Part shown: piece after piece, positions 9,955 to 21,481 of the stretch
Layout: each line of letters opens with the position of its first letter
Numbering within the stretch: the stretch's first letter is position 1
From: Trichomonas gallinae
Taxonomy: Eukaryota
Length of the DNA stretch: 57,653 nt
NCBI GenBank assembly: GCA_008369845.1
Contig: MRSU01003374.1
Coordinates: 1-57,653 of the forward strand
Reading direction: 5' to 3'
Position numbers and translations under genes: made by a program
Notes under the pieces: model-generated
Seen by the model: the letters and a program-made list of their open reading frames with translations, nothing else
Databases searched by the model: none
What the model was told of the DNA's origin: nothing

Positions 9955-11376
9955 ATGGAATACGTTATTGCAATAAATATGGACAGAACTAGTTGGGTTC
10001 ATCCTGACGACAAGAACATCAAAAGGGCCGACGCAAAGCGCCAGAGGGCCATCGACCGCGAGCCACACATTTTGGACCCGCGTGTGAGAAAAATCGGCAT
10101 AGATGTCGATGCAATTCAGCGCCAAATAGCAGAAAAAAAGGAATTAGCAGCACGTGAAAAAGCCAGAGAAGATGCCTTTGATCACCAAACCCTTGAACAT
10201 CAAAGACTCCTTCTCCTTGGCCAGAAAAAATACAATGATCAAGTTCGCCAGTTAAACGTCGAAAGAGAAGAATTCCGCCGCACATACCAGCGTCCAGAAC
10301 AATGCCGTGAATTCGACATCTGGAGAAAGGACTACAACCAAGTAAATCCAGCAATTCGTACGATCGAGGACGATATCGCTTTGGGCATCGTTCCAGCATC
10401 AGCAGCCGATGGACGTGCTGTTCCTTACGGAGCAGGCGGAGCAGGCGGCGAATACGATGAAGACGGAATTTATATAGGCGGATCTGGCGCTGGCGGCCAA
10501 TATGGTGCAGCTGGTGGTCCAGGAGGCGCTGGTGGAGCTGGCGCAGCTGGTGGTGCCGGTGCTAATGGAGCAAATGGCGGCGTTGGAGCTGCTGGAGGAG
10601 CCGGCGGTGCTGGTATTACTGGAGCTGGAATGGGCGCAACTGGAAAATGCAGACTCGGCATCAGCAGTGGCCAAGTTTTCCAGGGTGAAGAACCAAATAA
10701 GCAGGCTAGACTTCAAGCACAAGCAGCCCAGCGCAGAGAATGGTATGAGGAGCAGATCAGAGAGAAACAGATGAGAAAAGCCAGGGAAGATGCAGAAGAT
10801 TTGCGCAATCAACTCTACGAATTACAGACACAGAAGCGTATTACAGAATTGCACGCACAGACGGAAGAACAGAAGGCTGAAATCCGCCGCCAGCTCGCAG
10901 CAGACAATCAAAGGCTCTTCAACGAGAAGAAACAGCGCGACCAGCAAAATTGGGAATATGAGCAGGCCTTCAATGACAACGAGCAGCGCCACACAATGCG
11001 CACGAGGACAATCGTTGAAGAAATGTGCCCGAGGAAGGCTGGACCACAAGATTACCGCGGCATGACGATCGAGGAGCAGAAGGCGATCATCCTCGAGCAG
11101 AAGAAACAGATGGAGGACAACCAGAGACGCAGAGAAGAGGAGGCCGAGAGAGAAAGGCAGTGGCAGCAATATGAGGAGTATCTCCGCAACGAAGGCGACA
11201 AGAACGAGTTAGAGTGGCTCAAGAGGAAGCAGCAGGTTAATATGGAACTTGCTGAATTCCAGAAGAGACAGCATAAGCAATTCATCGAACAGGAAACATA
11301 TCGTAATAAGGATTTGTATGGAACTAACATTCCAGACGACTCATACTATGAACAATGGGGCCACTCAACTAGGTAA
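9955..11376 (+). CDS. RIB43A: RIB43A-like axonemal microtubule inner protein with Gly/Ala-rich insertion (start may be ATG 9979)
   Basis: ILDPRVRKIGIDVDAIQRQIAEKK, QRPEQCREFD, GISSGQVFQGE, DYRGMTIEE and C-terminal PDDSYYEQWGHSTR match RIB43A blocks; Q/E/R-rich coiled coil. Confidence 0.8.
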   Translation: MEYVIAINMDRTSWVHPDDKNIKRADAKRQRAIDREPHILDPRVRKIGIDVDAIQRQIAEKKELAAREKAREDAFDHQTLEHQRLLLLGQKKYNDQVRQLNVEREEFRRTYQRPEQCREFDIWRKDYNQVNPAIRTIEDDIALGIVPASAADGRAVPYGAGGAGGEYDEDGIYIGGSGAGGQYGAAGGPGGAGGAGAAGGAGANGANGGVGAAGGAGGAGITGAGMGATGKCRLGISSGQVFQGEEPNKQARLQAQAAQRREWYEEQIREKQMRKAREDAEDLRNQLYELQTQKRITELHAQTEEQKAEIRRQLAADNQRLFNEKKQRDQQNWEYEQAFNDNEQRHTMRTRTIVEEMCPRKAGPQDYRGMTIEEQKAIILEQKKQMEDNQRRREEEAERERQWQQYEEYLRNEGDKNELEWLKRKQQVNMELAEFQKRQHKQFIEQETYRNKDLYGTNIPDDSYYEQWGHSTR

Positions 11377-11843
11377 TTTTTTTATTATATTTTATTTTTT
11401 TTTATTTGATAATCTGCTTTTTTTGAGAAATAAAAGAATAATTATTTATAAGTCTTTGAAGAAATCTACTTATTAAAATCATACTTATTCTCCACTCATT
11501 AAAAACATTTCATTGAAACTCCGTTATTTTATGCTGCAGAATTGATAAATAATAAAATATACTCAAACTCTATTATTTGAAATTGAATCTACTATGTACG
11601 TATTCATAAAAAAAAAAAATTACGAGAGAACTCCATTAGTTTATGCTGCATGTTAATATTTAGTTTGAAATCATCAAGAATTGACAAATATGACCTTAAT
11701 AATCACAAAGCTTTTGTGCATTATTTTGTGTCTCTCTTTTTGCATTGATTTATAAATTAATTCAATATCAAATTGTTGAAAAAGAAGACAGTTAATAAAA
11801 ATCGAATATTTAAAAAATAAACCCGAATCAAATAATAAAGAAA

Positions 11844-14800
11844 TTAATGGAGCTTGAATGGAATTTCAAGTCCAACCATTTCTTCCTTGCAGATTTCCTG
11901 CAAATCGCTGTGTCCTGGGAAGAAGACACTCGGCTTGACTGATGTATCAATTGGCTGGTCCTTGAACCAAAGAGAAGCATCTTTGACGACTTTGACATTC
12001 GTCTGGGCTTCGAATTTCACCATCTCATCAATGAACTCTGGGATTTCATCAATAATGCAGATGATCAGTGCCTTCCTATCAGGCTTCTGCTCGAGAGCTG
12101 TCTTGTACAAATTGTCAAGTGCAGAGAAGTGGACTTCTTTGACTTGTTTGACGACTTCGAGTTCTTCATCGAGGAAGATCGCGCCGACGAATCTGTCATC
12201 GTTGACGTAAAGCGGCGGCCAGTTCTTCGGGTTCTCGAAGACATCTTCCATCGCTGGTTTCCAGTTGATGATGGCAGACTTAGGATAAACATTGACGACA
12301 GGGAACTGCGAGACCATCTTAGAAGCAATCGGTGGAGGACCAGCAGCGACGTGGAAGTCGAGCTTGACCAGTTCTCTGATGAAGGCAAGGACACCTTCGA
12401 CATTCTGCGATGACTGGTTCTTGACAGCAATCTCTGCGATGCTTGCGATATCTTTTTGTGCTTCCTGCATTGGCGCGAAGTTCTTGATTTCGTTCGTGAA
12501 GACCATGACTGCTTCCTGTTGTTCGTGGGTTCCATGCCTTGCGAACTGGACGTAGATGTGGATAATCTGGAGCATTAAGTCCTTAGGAACTAGTGGCAAA
12601 TACTTCTGGCAGAACTTCTTGATGTTTTGTGATGTTCTCGATCTGCTGTTCAAAATAGATTCGACGATGTGTCTTGCATCTGTGCCGAATTTGCTAACAA
12701 ATGACTCTACGAGCATTGTGTTGAGATGTGGATCTATGCCTGCACCCCACAGTGATGGAATCAGGACGAACAAGGAGATGATTGGTGCAACCTCTTGTCT
12801 CAGCAAAATGTTGAAGTCGTTTGTCTTGACGACTGTCTTGATGATCGAAGAGATTTCGTCTAAGAGTCCTGAGTCAGCTTCACTGCAGAGGAAGAATAAA
12901 GGAAGAATGCCTTCACCGACGAACGGCATCAAAACAGCTGGTGAATTTAGACCGCGGATGTATTGACCAAGGATCTTCACGGACAAAGCGTAGATGGAGC
13001 CTTGATCTGGCGTGCAGCACTTCATCAATGCAACTGCTGTTGAGAAGATCTCCATTGGGTATTGTTTTGTCGTCGTGATGAATGTCAAAAGGCAGTCGAG
13101 ACACATCGTGATGTAGTTGATTGACGGCTTGACGTCGATGCCGCGCTTTGACATAGTGATCTGGGACTCCCAGTGCTTGTTGAACTGAGATATTCTAGAT
13201 GGATCTGTTCTTTCGTTCAAAATGCTTGCAACGCATTGAATGGCTCTCAACAACAATGGAATCTCTTCTGATTCGATCGTGAAGTGGAGGTAGTTGAACA
13301 TTTGCAAAGCTCTTGTTGCAGCAGGCAGCCAGCCGCAGCAGAGACCCCACTCAAGGAAGAATGTACGCGGGCACTGCTTAATTGATGGGCCGATGATTGC
13401 AATCGTTTTCGCCTTCTCAGCGTATAGATCCATGAGCACGAAGATCATCCTATCCATGAGTTTCGCAAGGTTTTCGTCGATCATGGAAGCATCATCTGAC
13501 TCGGGATTATTAGTGCTGAGCATTATATCACAGAAAGCGATGATCAGCGGTTTAACTTTCTCGAGTGGCTCTGGGTCTTCAGTGTAGCACTCGATGAGCA
13601 ACTCTAAGATGAATGTCAAGATCGATGCATAGTCAGCGTTTGTCGGCTCTTTGTCTTCTTCTTCCTGGAGGAGTTTGTCTGGTACTGTCAAGTGAGCAAG
13701 CTTCTGGATCTTGTAGAAGAACCAGGCGCCGAGGCTTAAGTACTTCATGATGTTCTCGATGAATAAGTCTGGCCTGATGTTGTAGATATAGATCAAGAAT
13801 GTCATCGCGCTTGTCTTGAATGCCGGAGAAACATTTTGAAGGTTGATGAGTGAGAAGATGAAGAACTTGACGTTCCTGTCGATGATACCGTTGATAATAA
13901 TAGCGATGGCTGGAATGAGTCCGAACCTGCTGCACATAGTCAATAATTCTTCGAGGAATATGTGAATGGTAAATGATCTGAATGCTGGCTCACTCTTGAG
14001 GCAGATTCCTTCGTGCTGTACATCGTAGTGGAAGCTCGTCAGCCATCGTGGGATGAAAGAGATGATGACTTCTTCGCGGTTGAAGTCAATGTAGTCTAAT
14101 TGCTGATGATTCGAAATTGACAGCTTCTTTATGGCTTCATCCATGTTTGCGCCGAAAATAGAAACTCCTCTGGACTGAGATGGACACTTAGTGAGTCTCT
14201 TGCTCGACTTCCTTTCGCCTGTATTAGACTTGTGCGATTCTCCTGAGCTCTTTCGAGGCAATGAGCCTTCTTTGCTCTGTAAAACAATAGAAATCGCTTC
14301 CCTGATGAATTGTTCAGCACAGAATTCGAAGTGCGAAGCAATTAATTGAGCCAGCTGGAAGATCTCGTTTTGTATGAAAACAGAGAAGGAAACAGTCATT
14401 CTCTTCCTGATGTCTTTGATGGCCTTCAAAACGAACACACAGCTCTGTGCGTCTTCTCTAATGAAAGCTGTAATGAGTGTCAGTTTTTCGATGAAGTTAA
14501 GAGCGTTTTCTCTTTCCGCAGTTAACTGCGATGTCAAGTAAGAGAAGCACAAACCGAACAGTCTTCCAATGTGCGTGTAGTACAAGTGGATGATCTTTGT
14601 TTCTGGCTTTCCTGTGGATTTCTGCACGCTCTGGTTCAATGCTTTGAGATTTGAAATCAAATTCGGTGGAACATCCAACTGATTGGCGAGACCGGCGAAC
14701 AGCGAATAATGTATTCTGCTGTTTCTCATGTAATATATGATCAACTTCTGCGGGTCATGAGCCAAGTATGATGCACCAATGTCGATGTCCATGTTGGCGA

Positions 14801-17800
14801 ATCTCTCGATTTTCTCTGTGAAAGCAGGAGCGAGATCCTCTGGGATCATTGAGATTCTCAGCCAGCTCGAGAATGCAGAAATCAGAGTAGGAAGACCAAT
14901 AGTGCAGATGTTGAAGAAGAAAGTGAACCACTTGGAGCCGTCGAACAAATGTCCGGCAGCTTCTTTGTTGAAAAGAGGAGATTCTATGACTCCGAGCTTC
15001 ATGTTCTTCTTGTGATATTCGAATATTTCGTCGAAAACAAACTTAAGAGCAGATCCAAAGTTATTCAAGAAGACCAAGTCGCGAACATCGAGTTCTTGAT
15101 GAATCTGGAAATCACATTTAGTTGAAATAATTCCGCGCCTTACAATTGTGATTAAAGCTGAGTGAAGAGCTGTGTAAATGGAATTCTTGACGACGCCGTT
15201 GTCTTTCAACACTTTCATCCTTCCTCTATTGAAGCAGTCAGCGATGCACATAATAAGTGGCTGCTGGAGCTCCCATTCTGGCTGACCAAGCAATGGTGTG
15301 ACAGGGACAATTAATGTAGAAGAAATAGACGAGAAGATTGCGTTGAGTCTCGATAAGTCTTTATGTTGGGCGAGCAATTCGATCATTATGTGGACGATGC
15401 TCTGAATTCTGTGGTTGTCGAAGTATATCATCGGATGTGCGAGGTTTGACTCTATGTCGTGAATAGAAATGAGCATGGCTGTGCAGTTCGATAGATAAGG
15501 AATGTCATGATTTCCTTTTGCGCCAATAGAAATCGACATCATAATGTTTGTAAGAATTCTGTGGGCGACCAACAAACTTTGCGTGAAATCAGGTGAAATG
15601 ATGTGCGCGCTGTTTGCGAGATAGTGGCCCATAGACGCGATGTAGAAAACGTACAAATGACTGAACGATGAGTTGGCGACATCAGCAAATTTGATCAGTG
15701 GTATGGAGTGGAGCTCTGTGTCCGTCTTTATTGCGAGAGCTTTGACAGCAGTTATCAATGCACGCTTCGAGATTTTGTCTGCGTATTTGAGCAGGAATTC
15801 CTGGAAGAATAATACTGATTTACCGCTGGCCAGGTTGGAGCACATCTTGAGGATCTGTACTCTAAGTGATCTGACTGGAACACAGAGGCCAATGATAGCG
15901 ACGTAGTTGACAGAGTTCAATGTTTCCTTGGGGAATGTTACGTTTTCTTTGTTTGCCGCTTCTAACACGTGCATTAAAGTGTTGATGCAGTTGATGATTG
16001 AAGAGAAGCTGAGCTTTTTCTCAATTAAAAAGTTACAGAGGTACCTGACAGCTTTCTCAGCGAATTGTGGGAATCTGTGTACAATGGCTTGAAGGACTCT
16101 TATCGTTAAAGCAAATGTGTAAGATGACTGTGAGAAAACCATTGAGCAGAGGAATCTAGCGAGCTCTGAGTCTGGTTCTAAGTAGAGAGACATCATGAGT
16201 AATTCCTCTTCAATTGGAATTCTGTCTGCGATATCTTGGAAATTTTGTGTGAAGTCAATTGGATCCGCTGAGTAAATCGCTTTCGAAGATTTATCGATTT
16301 GGCTGATAAGTTCCTGAACTAAGCTGTTTGTAGAGTGCATTAGAGAAGGATCAACTAATGGGAAGCTCGTCTGCCTTAAAGTGAGGCACATTCTTGGTAA
16401 TATTGTGTCCTTGTCTTCACCAGATTGAGTAAGCGCAGCAGTAAATGAGGCAACGCTGCACATATAAAGATTCAATGTTGGATCAAGGCTTTGCTCCATC
16501 ATGCACTTAGTAACGAAGACGAGGAGGATTTTCTTAAGATCATGAAGGTGATCTTTCTTGTCATTTGCCTCGAGAGTTGGGATTACAGCTTCCATTGCAT
16601 GGAAGAATGGAGTAAATGGCTTTGAAAAGACATCCTTGTCGATAAGTTTAGGAATAATTATGTCAATGAAGAGTTTCAGGTTCAGGAAAGCCAACTGTTC
16701 GAGTAAAAGATCGACATAAGGCGGAGGATTTGGATTGCTGTCATTCTGGAATAAGGAGTTGTTTTCTGCGATCCACTGGGCAATGAATTGATAGAATTCA
16801 TAAGGATTATTCATTGATGGCTCCCATTCGAAATTATGATGCTTCTTTAAGCGAAGTATTTCTGGTTCATAATTTGCGCCACGAAGCTTAACAATAAGTT
16901 CGTAGCAAACGCGTGGGATATCTTTAATATGCTTCATTACATATTGTTCAACGTAATATTCAACAGGAATTAAATCAGTGTCAACACCAAAATAGTTTGT
17001 AAAGCCTGCAAAAATACATGAAAGTGTTTCGGAAGCATTTGCTCCCATTTTAACATAATTGTAGAAAGATTTGTAAACAGAATTTGTTTCCAAGTGTGGA
17101 TCAGATGTGAGTGTCTGTAGAGTAAGGTTGATAAGAAAATCTCTGAAGATAATTTGATTTGCAGAGTCGCAAGACTGAAATTCAGAAATATAACTTCCGA
17201 AAATCTTGGTAAAATTATCGTCGGGTTTATCGGGTGTATGTAGTGATGACGTAACAAGGAAGAAAAGCTTCTTTTGCTCATATGTTGTATATTTAGAATA
17301 AATTGATGTTAAAGCAGTAATAGCTGGTAAAGGAGAAATTAAAGATAAGTAGTAAGCAGCTTCCGCGTAGTTCTTTGCTATGACTTGTTTAATAGCGTCG
17401 TGGTTGATTTCTCCAGGAGCATCAATATAAAAAGTGAGCTCTCTTGCGAAAAATTTAACAGAACTTTCAGGGAGTGTTTCTACCATCTTGAGAAGTTCGA
17501 TTGTGAAGTCGGAAATAACTAATTTCGTAATGAAATAAAGAACATTTCGCGTAATCGGCGAACTCCAATCGACACCATCAAGAGCTGACGCGAAAATACA
17601 AACACCGCCATCATATCCTGTTGGCTTGGAAGTTGTCGATGCTTTAATATCAGGAAATGACTTTTGGAAAAACTTATAGTTTTCCTCTGGGTTTGGTGCA
17701 GCGAAAAGACCACAGTTTGCAATAAACTGCTGATAAGAGTCTTCTTTAAAACTGAATGTTGAGATGAAATCGTTGAATAAATTTTTCGAATTTTCAGAAC

Positions 17801-17978
17801 CATCATCTTTCGGCGCCAGTGACAGATAATGCTTAGCCATCCTTGCCAACTCCTCCATGAATGAGTTGATTTCGTTGGAAAGAATGGATGAACTTATCTG
17901 GTCATTTTTACTTTTCATTTTTATAACTTTTTTTGATTTCTGACATTTTTTGATAACAAATGTTACAACATCTGTCAT
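11844..17978 (-). CDS. Large helical-repeat scaffold, Furry/Tao3/Mor2-like (start may be ATG 17918)
   Basis: 2044-aa uninterrupted ORF; LEWGLCCGWLPAATRALQMF and EIFSTAVALM...IYALSVKIL resemble the MOR2-PAG1 C-terminal region. Confidence 0.5.
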   Translation of the reverse strand: MTDVVTFVIKKCQKSKKVIKMKSKNDQISSSILSNEINSFMEELARMAKHYLSLAPKDDGSENSKNLFNDFISTFSFKEDSYQQFIANCGLFAAPNPEENYKFFQKSFPDIKASTTSKPTGYDGGVCIFASALDGVDWSSPITRNVLYFITKLVISDFTIELLKMVETLPESSVKFFARELTFYIDAPGEINHDAIKQVIAKNYAEAAYYLSLISPLPAITALTSIYSKYTTYEQKKLFFLVTSSLHTPDKPDDNFTKIFGSYISEFQSCDSANQIIFRDFLINLTLQTLTSDPHLETNSVYKSFYNYVKMGANASETLSCIFAGFTNYFGVDTDLIPVEYYVEQYVMKHIKDIPRVCYELIVKLRGANYEPEILRLKKHHNFEWEPSMNNPYEFYQFIAQWIAENNSLFQNDSNPNPPPYVDLLLEQLAFLNLKLFIDIIIPKLIDKDVFSKPFTPFFHAMEAVIPTLEANDKKDHLHDLKKILLVFVTKCMMEQSLDPTLNLYMCSVASFTAALTQSGEDKDTILPRMCLTLRQTSFPLVDPSLMHSTNSLVQELISQIDKSSKAIYSADPIDFTQNFQDIADRIPIEEELLMMSLYLEPDSELARFLCSMVFSQSSYTFALTIRVLQAIVHRFPQFAEKAVRYLCNFLIEKKLSFSSIINCINTLMHVLEAANKENVTFPKETLNSVNYVAIIGLCVPVRSLRVQILKMCSNLASGKSVLFFQEFLLKYADKISKRALITAVKALAIKTDTELHSIPLIKFADVANSSFSHLYVFYIASMGHYLANSAHIISPDFTQSLLVAHRILTNIMMSISIGAKGNHDIPYLSNCTAMLISIHDIESNLAHPMIYFDNHRIQSIVHIMIELLAQHKDLSRLNAIFSSISSTLIVPVTPLLGQPEWELQQPLIMCIADCFNRGRMKVLKDNGVVKNSIYTALHSALITIVRRGIISTKCDFQIHQELDVRDLVFLNNFGSALKFVFDEIFEYHKKNMKLGVIESPLFNKEAAGHLFDGSKWFTFFFNICTIGLPTLISAFSSWLRISMIPEDLAPAFTEKIERFANMDIDIGASYLAHDPQKLIIYYMRNSRIHYSLFAGLANQLDVPPNLISNLKALNQSVQKSTGKPETKIIHLYYTHIGRLFGLCFSYLTSQLTAERENALNFIEKLTLITAFIREDAQSCVFVLKAIKDIRKRMTVSFSVFIQNEIFQLAQLIASHFEFCAEQFIREAISIVLQSKEGSLPRKSSGESHKSNTGERKSSKRLTKCPSQSRGVSIFGANMDEAIKKLSISNHQQLDYIDFNREEVIISFIPRWLTSFHYDVQHEGICLKSEPAFRSFTIHIFLEELLTMCSRFGLIPAIAIIINGIIDRNVKFFIFSLINLQNVSPAFKTSAMTFLIYIYNIRPDLFIENIMKYLSLGAWFFYKIQKLAHLTVPDKLLQEEEDKEPTNADYASILTFILELLIECYTEDPEPLEKVKPLIIAFCDIMLSTNNPESDDASMIDENLAKLMDRMIFVLMDLYAEKAKTIAIIGPSIKQCPRTFFLEWGLCCGWLPAATRALQMFNYLHFTIESEEIPLLLRAIQCVASILNERTDPSRISQFNKHWESQITMSKRGIDVKPSINYITMCLDCLLTFITTTKQYPMEIFSTAVALMKCCTPDQGSIYALSVKILGQYIRGLNSPAVLMPFVGEGILPLFFLCSEADSGLLDEISSIIKTVVKTNDFNILLRQEVAPIISLFVLIPSLWGAGIDPHLNTMLVESFVSKFGTDARHIVESILNSRSRTSQNIKKFCQKYLPLVPKDLMLQIIHIYVQFARHGTHEQQEAVMVFTNEIKNFAPMQEAQKDIASIAEIAVKNQSSQNVEGVLAFIRELVKLDFHVAAGPPPIASKMVSQFPVVNVYPKSAIINWKPAMEDVFENPKNWPPLYVNDDRFVGAIFLDEELEVVKQVKEVHFSALDNLYKTALEQKPDRKALIICIIDEIPEFIDEMVKFEAQTNVKVVKDASLWFKDQPIDTSVKPSVFFPGHSDLQEICKEEMVGLEIPFKLH

Positions 17979-18710
17979 ATTATTTCAGTATGGTGATTCG
18001 AAATCAAAACTTTTCTCATCAACTTTTTCAAATACTGAAATGATTTGTTATTTCGAATCAATGACAATTAATATATCCAAATATCAAATAAAAATTATTT
18101 TTTTCTTAGACAAATTTTGACCATTAAATTCACAAAAATTGACATTATCAAAGGAGTTTATTGGAATCACGATGATATATTTATATTTTATATTTTGGAA
18201 ATATTTATTAATATGAAATATAATCCCAAAATTTTAAAATTCGATAACTTTTGACGATTATTTTTCATTCAAAATTTATTGTATTTAATTTGAAAAATAT
18301 TATTACAATATCATCATATGAGTGTTAATATCTCGAAATGTAAAAAATTGATTGGCAAATGACATGTAAAATATCATTTGTCAAGTAAAACATTTTACAT
18401 GACATTATTTGCTATCATTGGAAAAACTCACTTTTTATAATATATCTAAGGATATCATTAGCTCCAAATCATTAAAAATATCAGATCAATCAACGTTATT
18501 TGTTTTCAAATCAAAAGTTAGCTTATTTTTATATTTTATATCAATATCTGTTGCAAATTCTTTGCATTTCCTGCATTTATACTGCAACAAATTATGAATT
18601 TATGAGAGTTTTCCGAAGAAATGGATATTTCAAGAAATAATAGATAATAAGATAAAAAAATGAGCGAGTTTAAAACCATAAATAGAAAAAAAAATAATAT
18701 AATATAGTGA

Positions 18711-20834
18711 TTATTTCAATCCGAAACCTTCTGTGTAATTCAGTGCGATTAATATATTCTTCCTCATCTTCTCTCTGTTCTTGTAATCAGGAAGAGCGAA
18801 GATGTTGAAACATGTATGAGAAACAGGAAGCTTTGTGTCATCACCTGTTCTCTGGATGACGAGGTGAGTCTGTCCAAGTCCGCCAACGGGTGCTTTATCA
18901 GTACCAGTAGAGAAGAGTAAGAAAGCAATCTTCTTCTCTTCAGGCAATTCATCGAAAATCTCCCAGAACATCTTGACTGATACAGAGTTCTCCTTGTATC
19001 CATCAATGTATGTAGTTCCTAGCTTCAATGCGTCCCAGTCGAATACATCTTCACCGGAAACCAACACCTGGAGCTCGTCTGGAGTGAACATAGTGAATTC
19101 TGGGCGGTTGCAGAGCTTGTCGAAGCCGCGCTTGAAGTTGTCAAATGACTTCCTGATGGATGTGTCGAGGTACCAGTTGACAAGCTTGTCAAGGTACTGC
19201 TCGAAGTTCTCGTTCGTGACTGGGATGTCTCTTCCGCCAGCAATTAAGTCTTCTGTGATAACTGAATCGAACTGGTTGTATGAGACAGAGAAAGTGAGGC
19301 AAAGATCTTCCACGCTTTCTCCGTCCTTGATGCTCTGGCGGATCTGTGTCAAAGACTCATAGACCTGTGGCATGAGCTCTGCCAAATCTTCGAATGTCGT
19401 TGGCTGGCCTTGAAGCTTCTTGTACAAAACAATCGGGAACTTGATTGGCAGGATGACGCCGTTGTAAATAGCGAGTCCGATGATTGTGCCGAGGAGATTG
19501 AAGAGATAGCCACTCTCGATACTGTTGACGTTGAACCAGTAGAAGTGGTTGTCGATCAAAGAGAACATGCCGTGGTCTGGGTTGAACAATTCGGCTGTAA
19601 TAAGGTAGAAGAACTCGCGAGAAACACCACCTGCATCTACACCTGGTTCGTTGTCGAACTTGACTGTCATACGACGCTGGAGCTGGTCCTCGCCAACGCG
19701 GCTGAACTCATGAAGTGCATCTTCAACGATGTTAGTACGTCTGACTTTAATAACTAATTGAAGATCCCTTTCATCGAATTGGCCGTGGTTGTGCATGAAT
19801 GCATTGATGAGGCGAGATCTGGCGATGTTCTCCTGGTTCATATTCAAAATCGCACGAAGAATCTGTGATTTAGTTTCGATATTAATTGCAGCACGAGCCT
19901 GCTGAACAACTTGAAGGCGGAATACATGCGTTTCCTTAATTTCGTTAATAACTCTCTCTGAATATGGATCATTGTAGTATTCGCGGGTGAAGAAATGGCC
20001 ATTTTCAACATTATTAGCATCGCGCAAAGCTAAGATGAAATCTAATGTAAGACTAACAACTGGAAGCTCATTGATGCTGATATTTGGCCCGTCGTTTGTT
20101 AAAACAGCCAATGTAAGATTATTTTGGCACATTTGAAGATATCCAAATGCAATACTAGAATATTTCTTGAGTTTCGCGTAAAAGTCTTTGCTCATCTCCT
20201 TTGGAAAGTCTTTTCTGATTTTGCTAATCAAATTAAAATATAGATCGGAAACAAGACCGTTTTCCTCATCAAAATAGTATCTGAATGCTGGGAGGACTAA
20301 GAATGCTCTTAAATAATGAATCGAATAATCGTTGATCGCGATTAATTTTTTGATAAATTCGCTAAATTGAAATGCAAACTGTGAGAAGAATTCTGAATGT
20401 ATGTAAAATAATTCAGCAACGTTAGAGACAAGCTCGTGATCAATTCCATCGTTTTCTCTTGTAAGTGGATTTTTATTGAGAACGAATAAGTACTCGAATT
20501 GCTCAACAGATGAGAAAACTTTGTTCATTAAGAATGTAATGTCAAATTTGAGTTCTTCTAAGTCTTTTTTGAGTATTAATTTATTCATAATTTCAGAAAA
20601 TTTAAATGAAATATCGAAGTATTCTGGATGGCCGTACTCTGGTGGTAAACCAGCGCAAAAGTTCTCTGGATATTGCTTTGCAAGCTCGATTGCTTTCACA
20701 GCCGCTTCATTATTGCTCGAAAACGAGTGAATGAATTCCTTGCATGTTGCGCATTGCTTGTTATCGCATTTATATCTGTTGCAGCCCTTCGTTAATTGTT
20801 GAAAAAGAGCCTTAACAATTGTTTTTGCATCCAT
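18711..20834 (-). CDS. HECT E3 ubiquitin ligase, UBE3A/E6AP-like, with N-terminal AZUL zinc-binding motif
   Basis: QLTKGCNRYKCDNKQCATC (AZUL); HECT motifs EPGVDAGGVSREFF and FSTGTDKAP; catalytic LPVSHTCFN; C-terminal EGFGLK; first ATG at 20834. Confidence 0.92.
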   Translation of the reverse strand: MDAKTIVKALFQQLTKGCNRYKCDNKQCATCKEFIHSFSSNNEAAVKAIELAKQYPENFCAGLPPEYGHPEYFDISFKFSEIMNKLILKKDLEELKFDITFLMNKVFSSVEQFEYLFVLNKNPLTRENDGIDHELVSNVAELFYIHSEFFSQFAFQFSEFIKKLIAINDYSIHYLRAFLVLPAFRYYFDEENGLVSDLYFNLISKIRKDFPKEMSKDFYAKLKKYSSIAFGYLQMCQNNLTLAVLTNDGPNISINELPVVSLTLDFILALRDANNVENGHFFTREYYNDPYSERVINEIKETHVFRLQVVQQARAAINIETKSQILRAILNMNQENIARSRLINAFMHNHGQFDERDLQLVIKVRRTNIVEDALHEFSRVGEDQLQRRMTVKFDNEPGVDAGGVSREFFYLITAELFNPDHGMFSLIDNHFYWFNVNSIESGYLFNLLGTIIGLAIYNGVILPIKFPIVLYKKLQGQPTTFEDLAELMPQVYESLTQIRQSIKDGESVEDLCLTFSVSYNQFDSVITEDLIAGGRDIPVTNENFEQYLDKLVNWYLDTSIRKSFDNFKRGFDKLCNRPEFTMFTPDELQVLVSGEDVFDWDALKLGTTYIDGYKENSVSVKMFWEIFDELPEEKKIAFLLFSTGTDKAPVGGLGQTHLVIQRTGDDTKLPVSHTCFNIFALPDYKNREKMRKNILIALNYTEGFGLK

Positions 20835-21481
20835 TATTGGAAAAAAAAATTTTCTACGGAATTCGAACAACTAAAGTTTTCGCTTATTTAACACCATATT
20901 TATAATCATTTCTTTATAAAAAGAAAATTTTGTCGTATAACATATGGGTTTTATTGATTTTTTAAAAATCAAATCAAAAAAATCAAGTTGTTTTAACTAT
21001 CATTCATTAATATTTAGCCATATTATAAATTTTGTAGATATTTAATCATAATAAAATACTCTATAATTGTAATTTATTTTGAGAAATTAAAATTTTTATA
21101 TCATAAAGGTTTGCTATAAGGAATTAATTTCTAAAGCTCTCAATGAAGCATTTTCTCGATGATACATCTTAATTTTATTATAATTAATTTATTTCATGGA
21201 TATATTACTATTTGTGAATGAATGAGTTAAAAATTAGACTATTTACAAGGCTTATGAATGAATTTTTAATTATTCATTGATGTAAACAGCTCATTTATCG
21301 AAAATTAGATTGAAATCTTCTGATAGAATCGCTATAAAATAATTTTAATGAATAGAATAGAAATAATATATTTAAAAGAATGGAAATATATGGATAAAAA
21401 GCTAAAATAAAAACTGTACGTTAAAGGCAAAATCTTTGTCACTTTTTAAAATTATTTTTTTAGAATCGTTATAAAGTGAAA

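Noticed and set aside
11698..11726. Imperfect inverted repeat AATAATCACAAAGCTTTTGTGCATTATT
   Set aside because: Short AT-rich hairpin, likely by chance; bacterial-type terminators do not apply here
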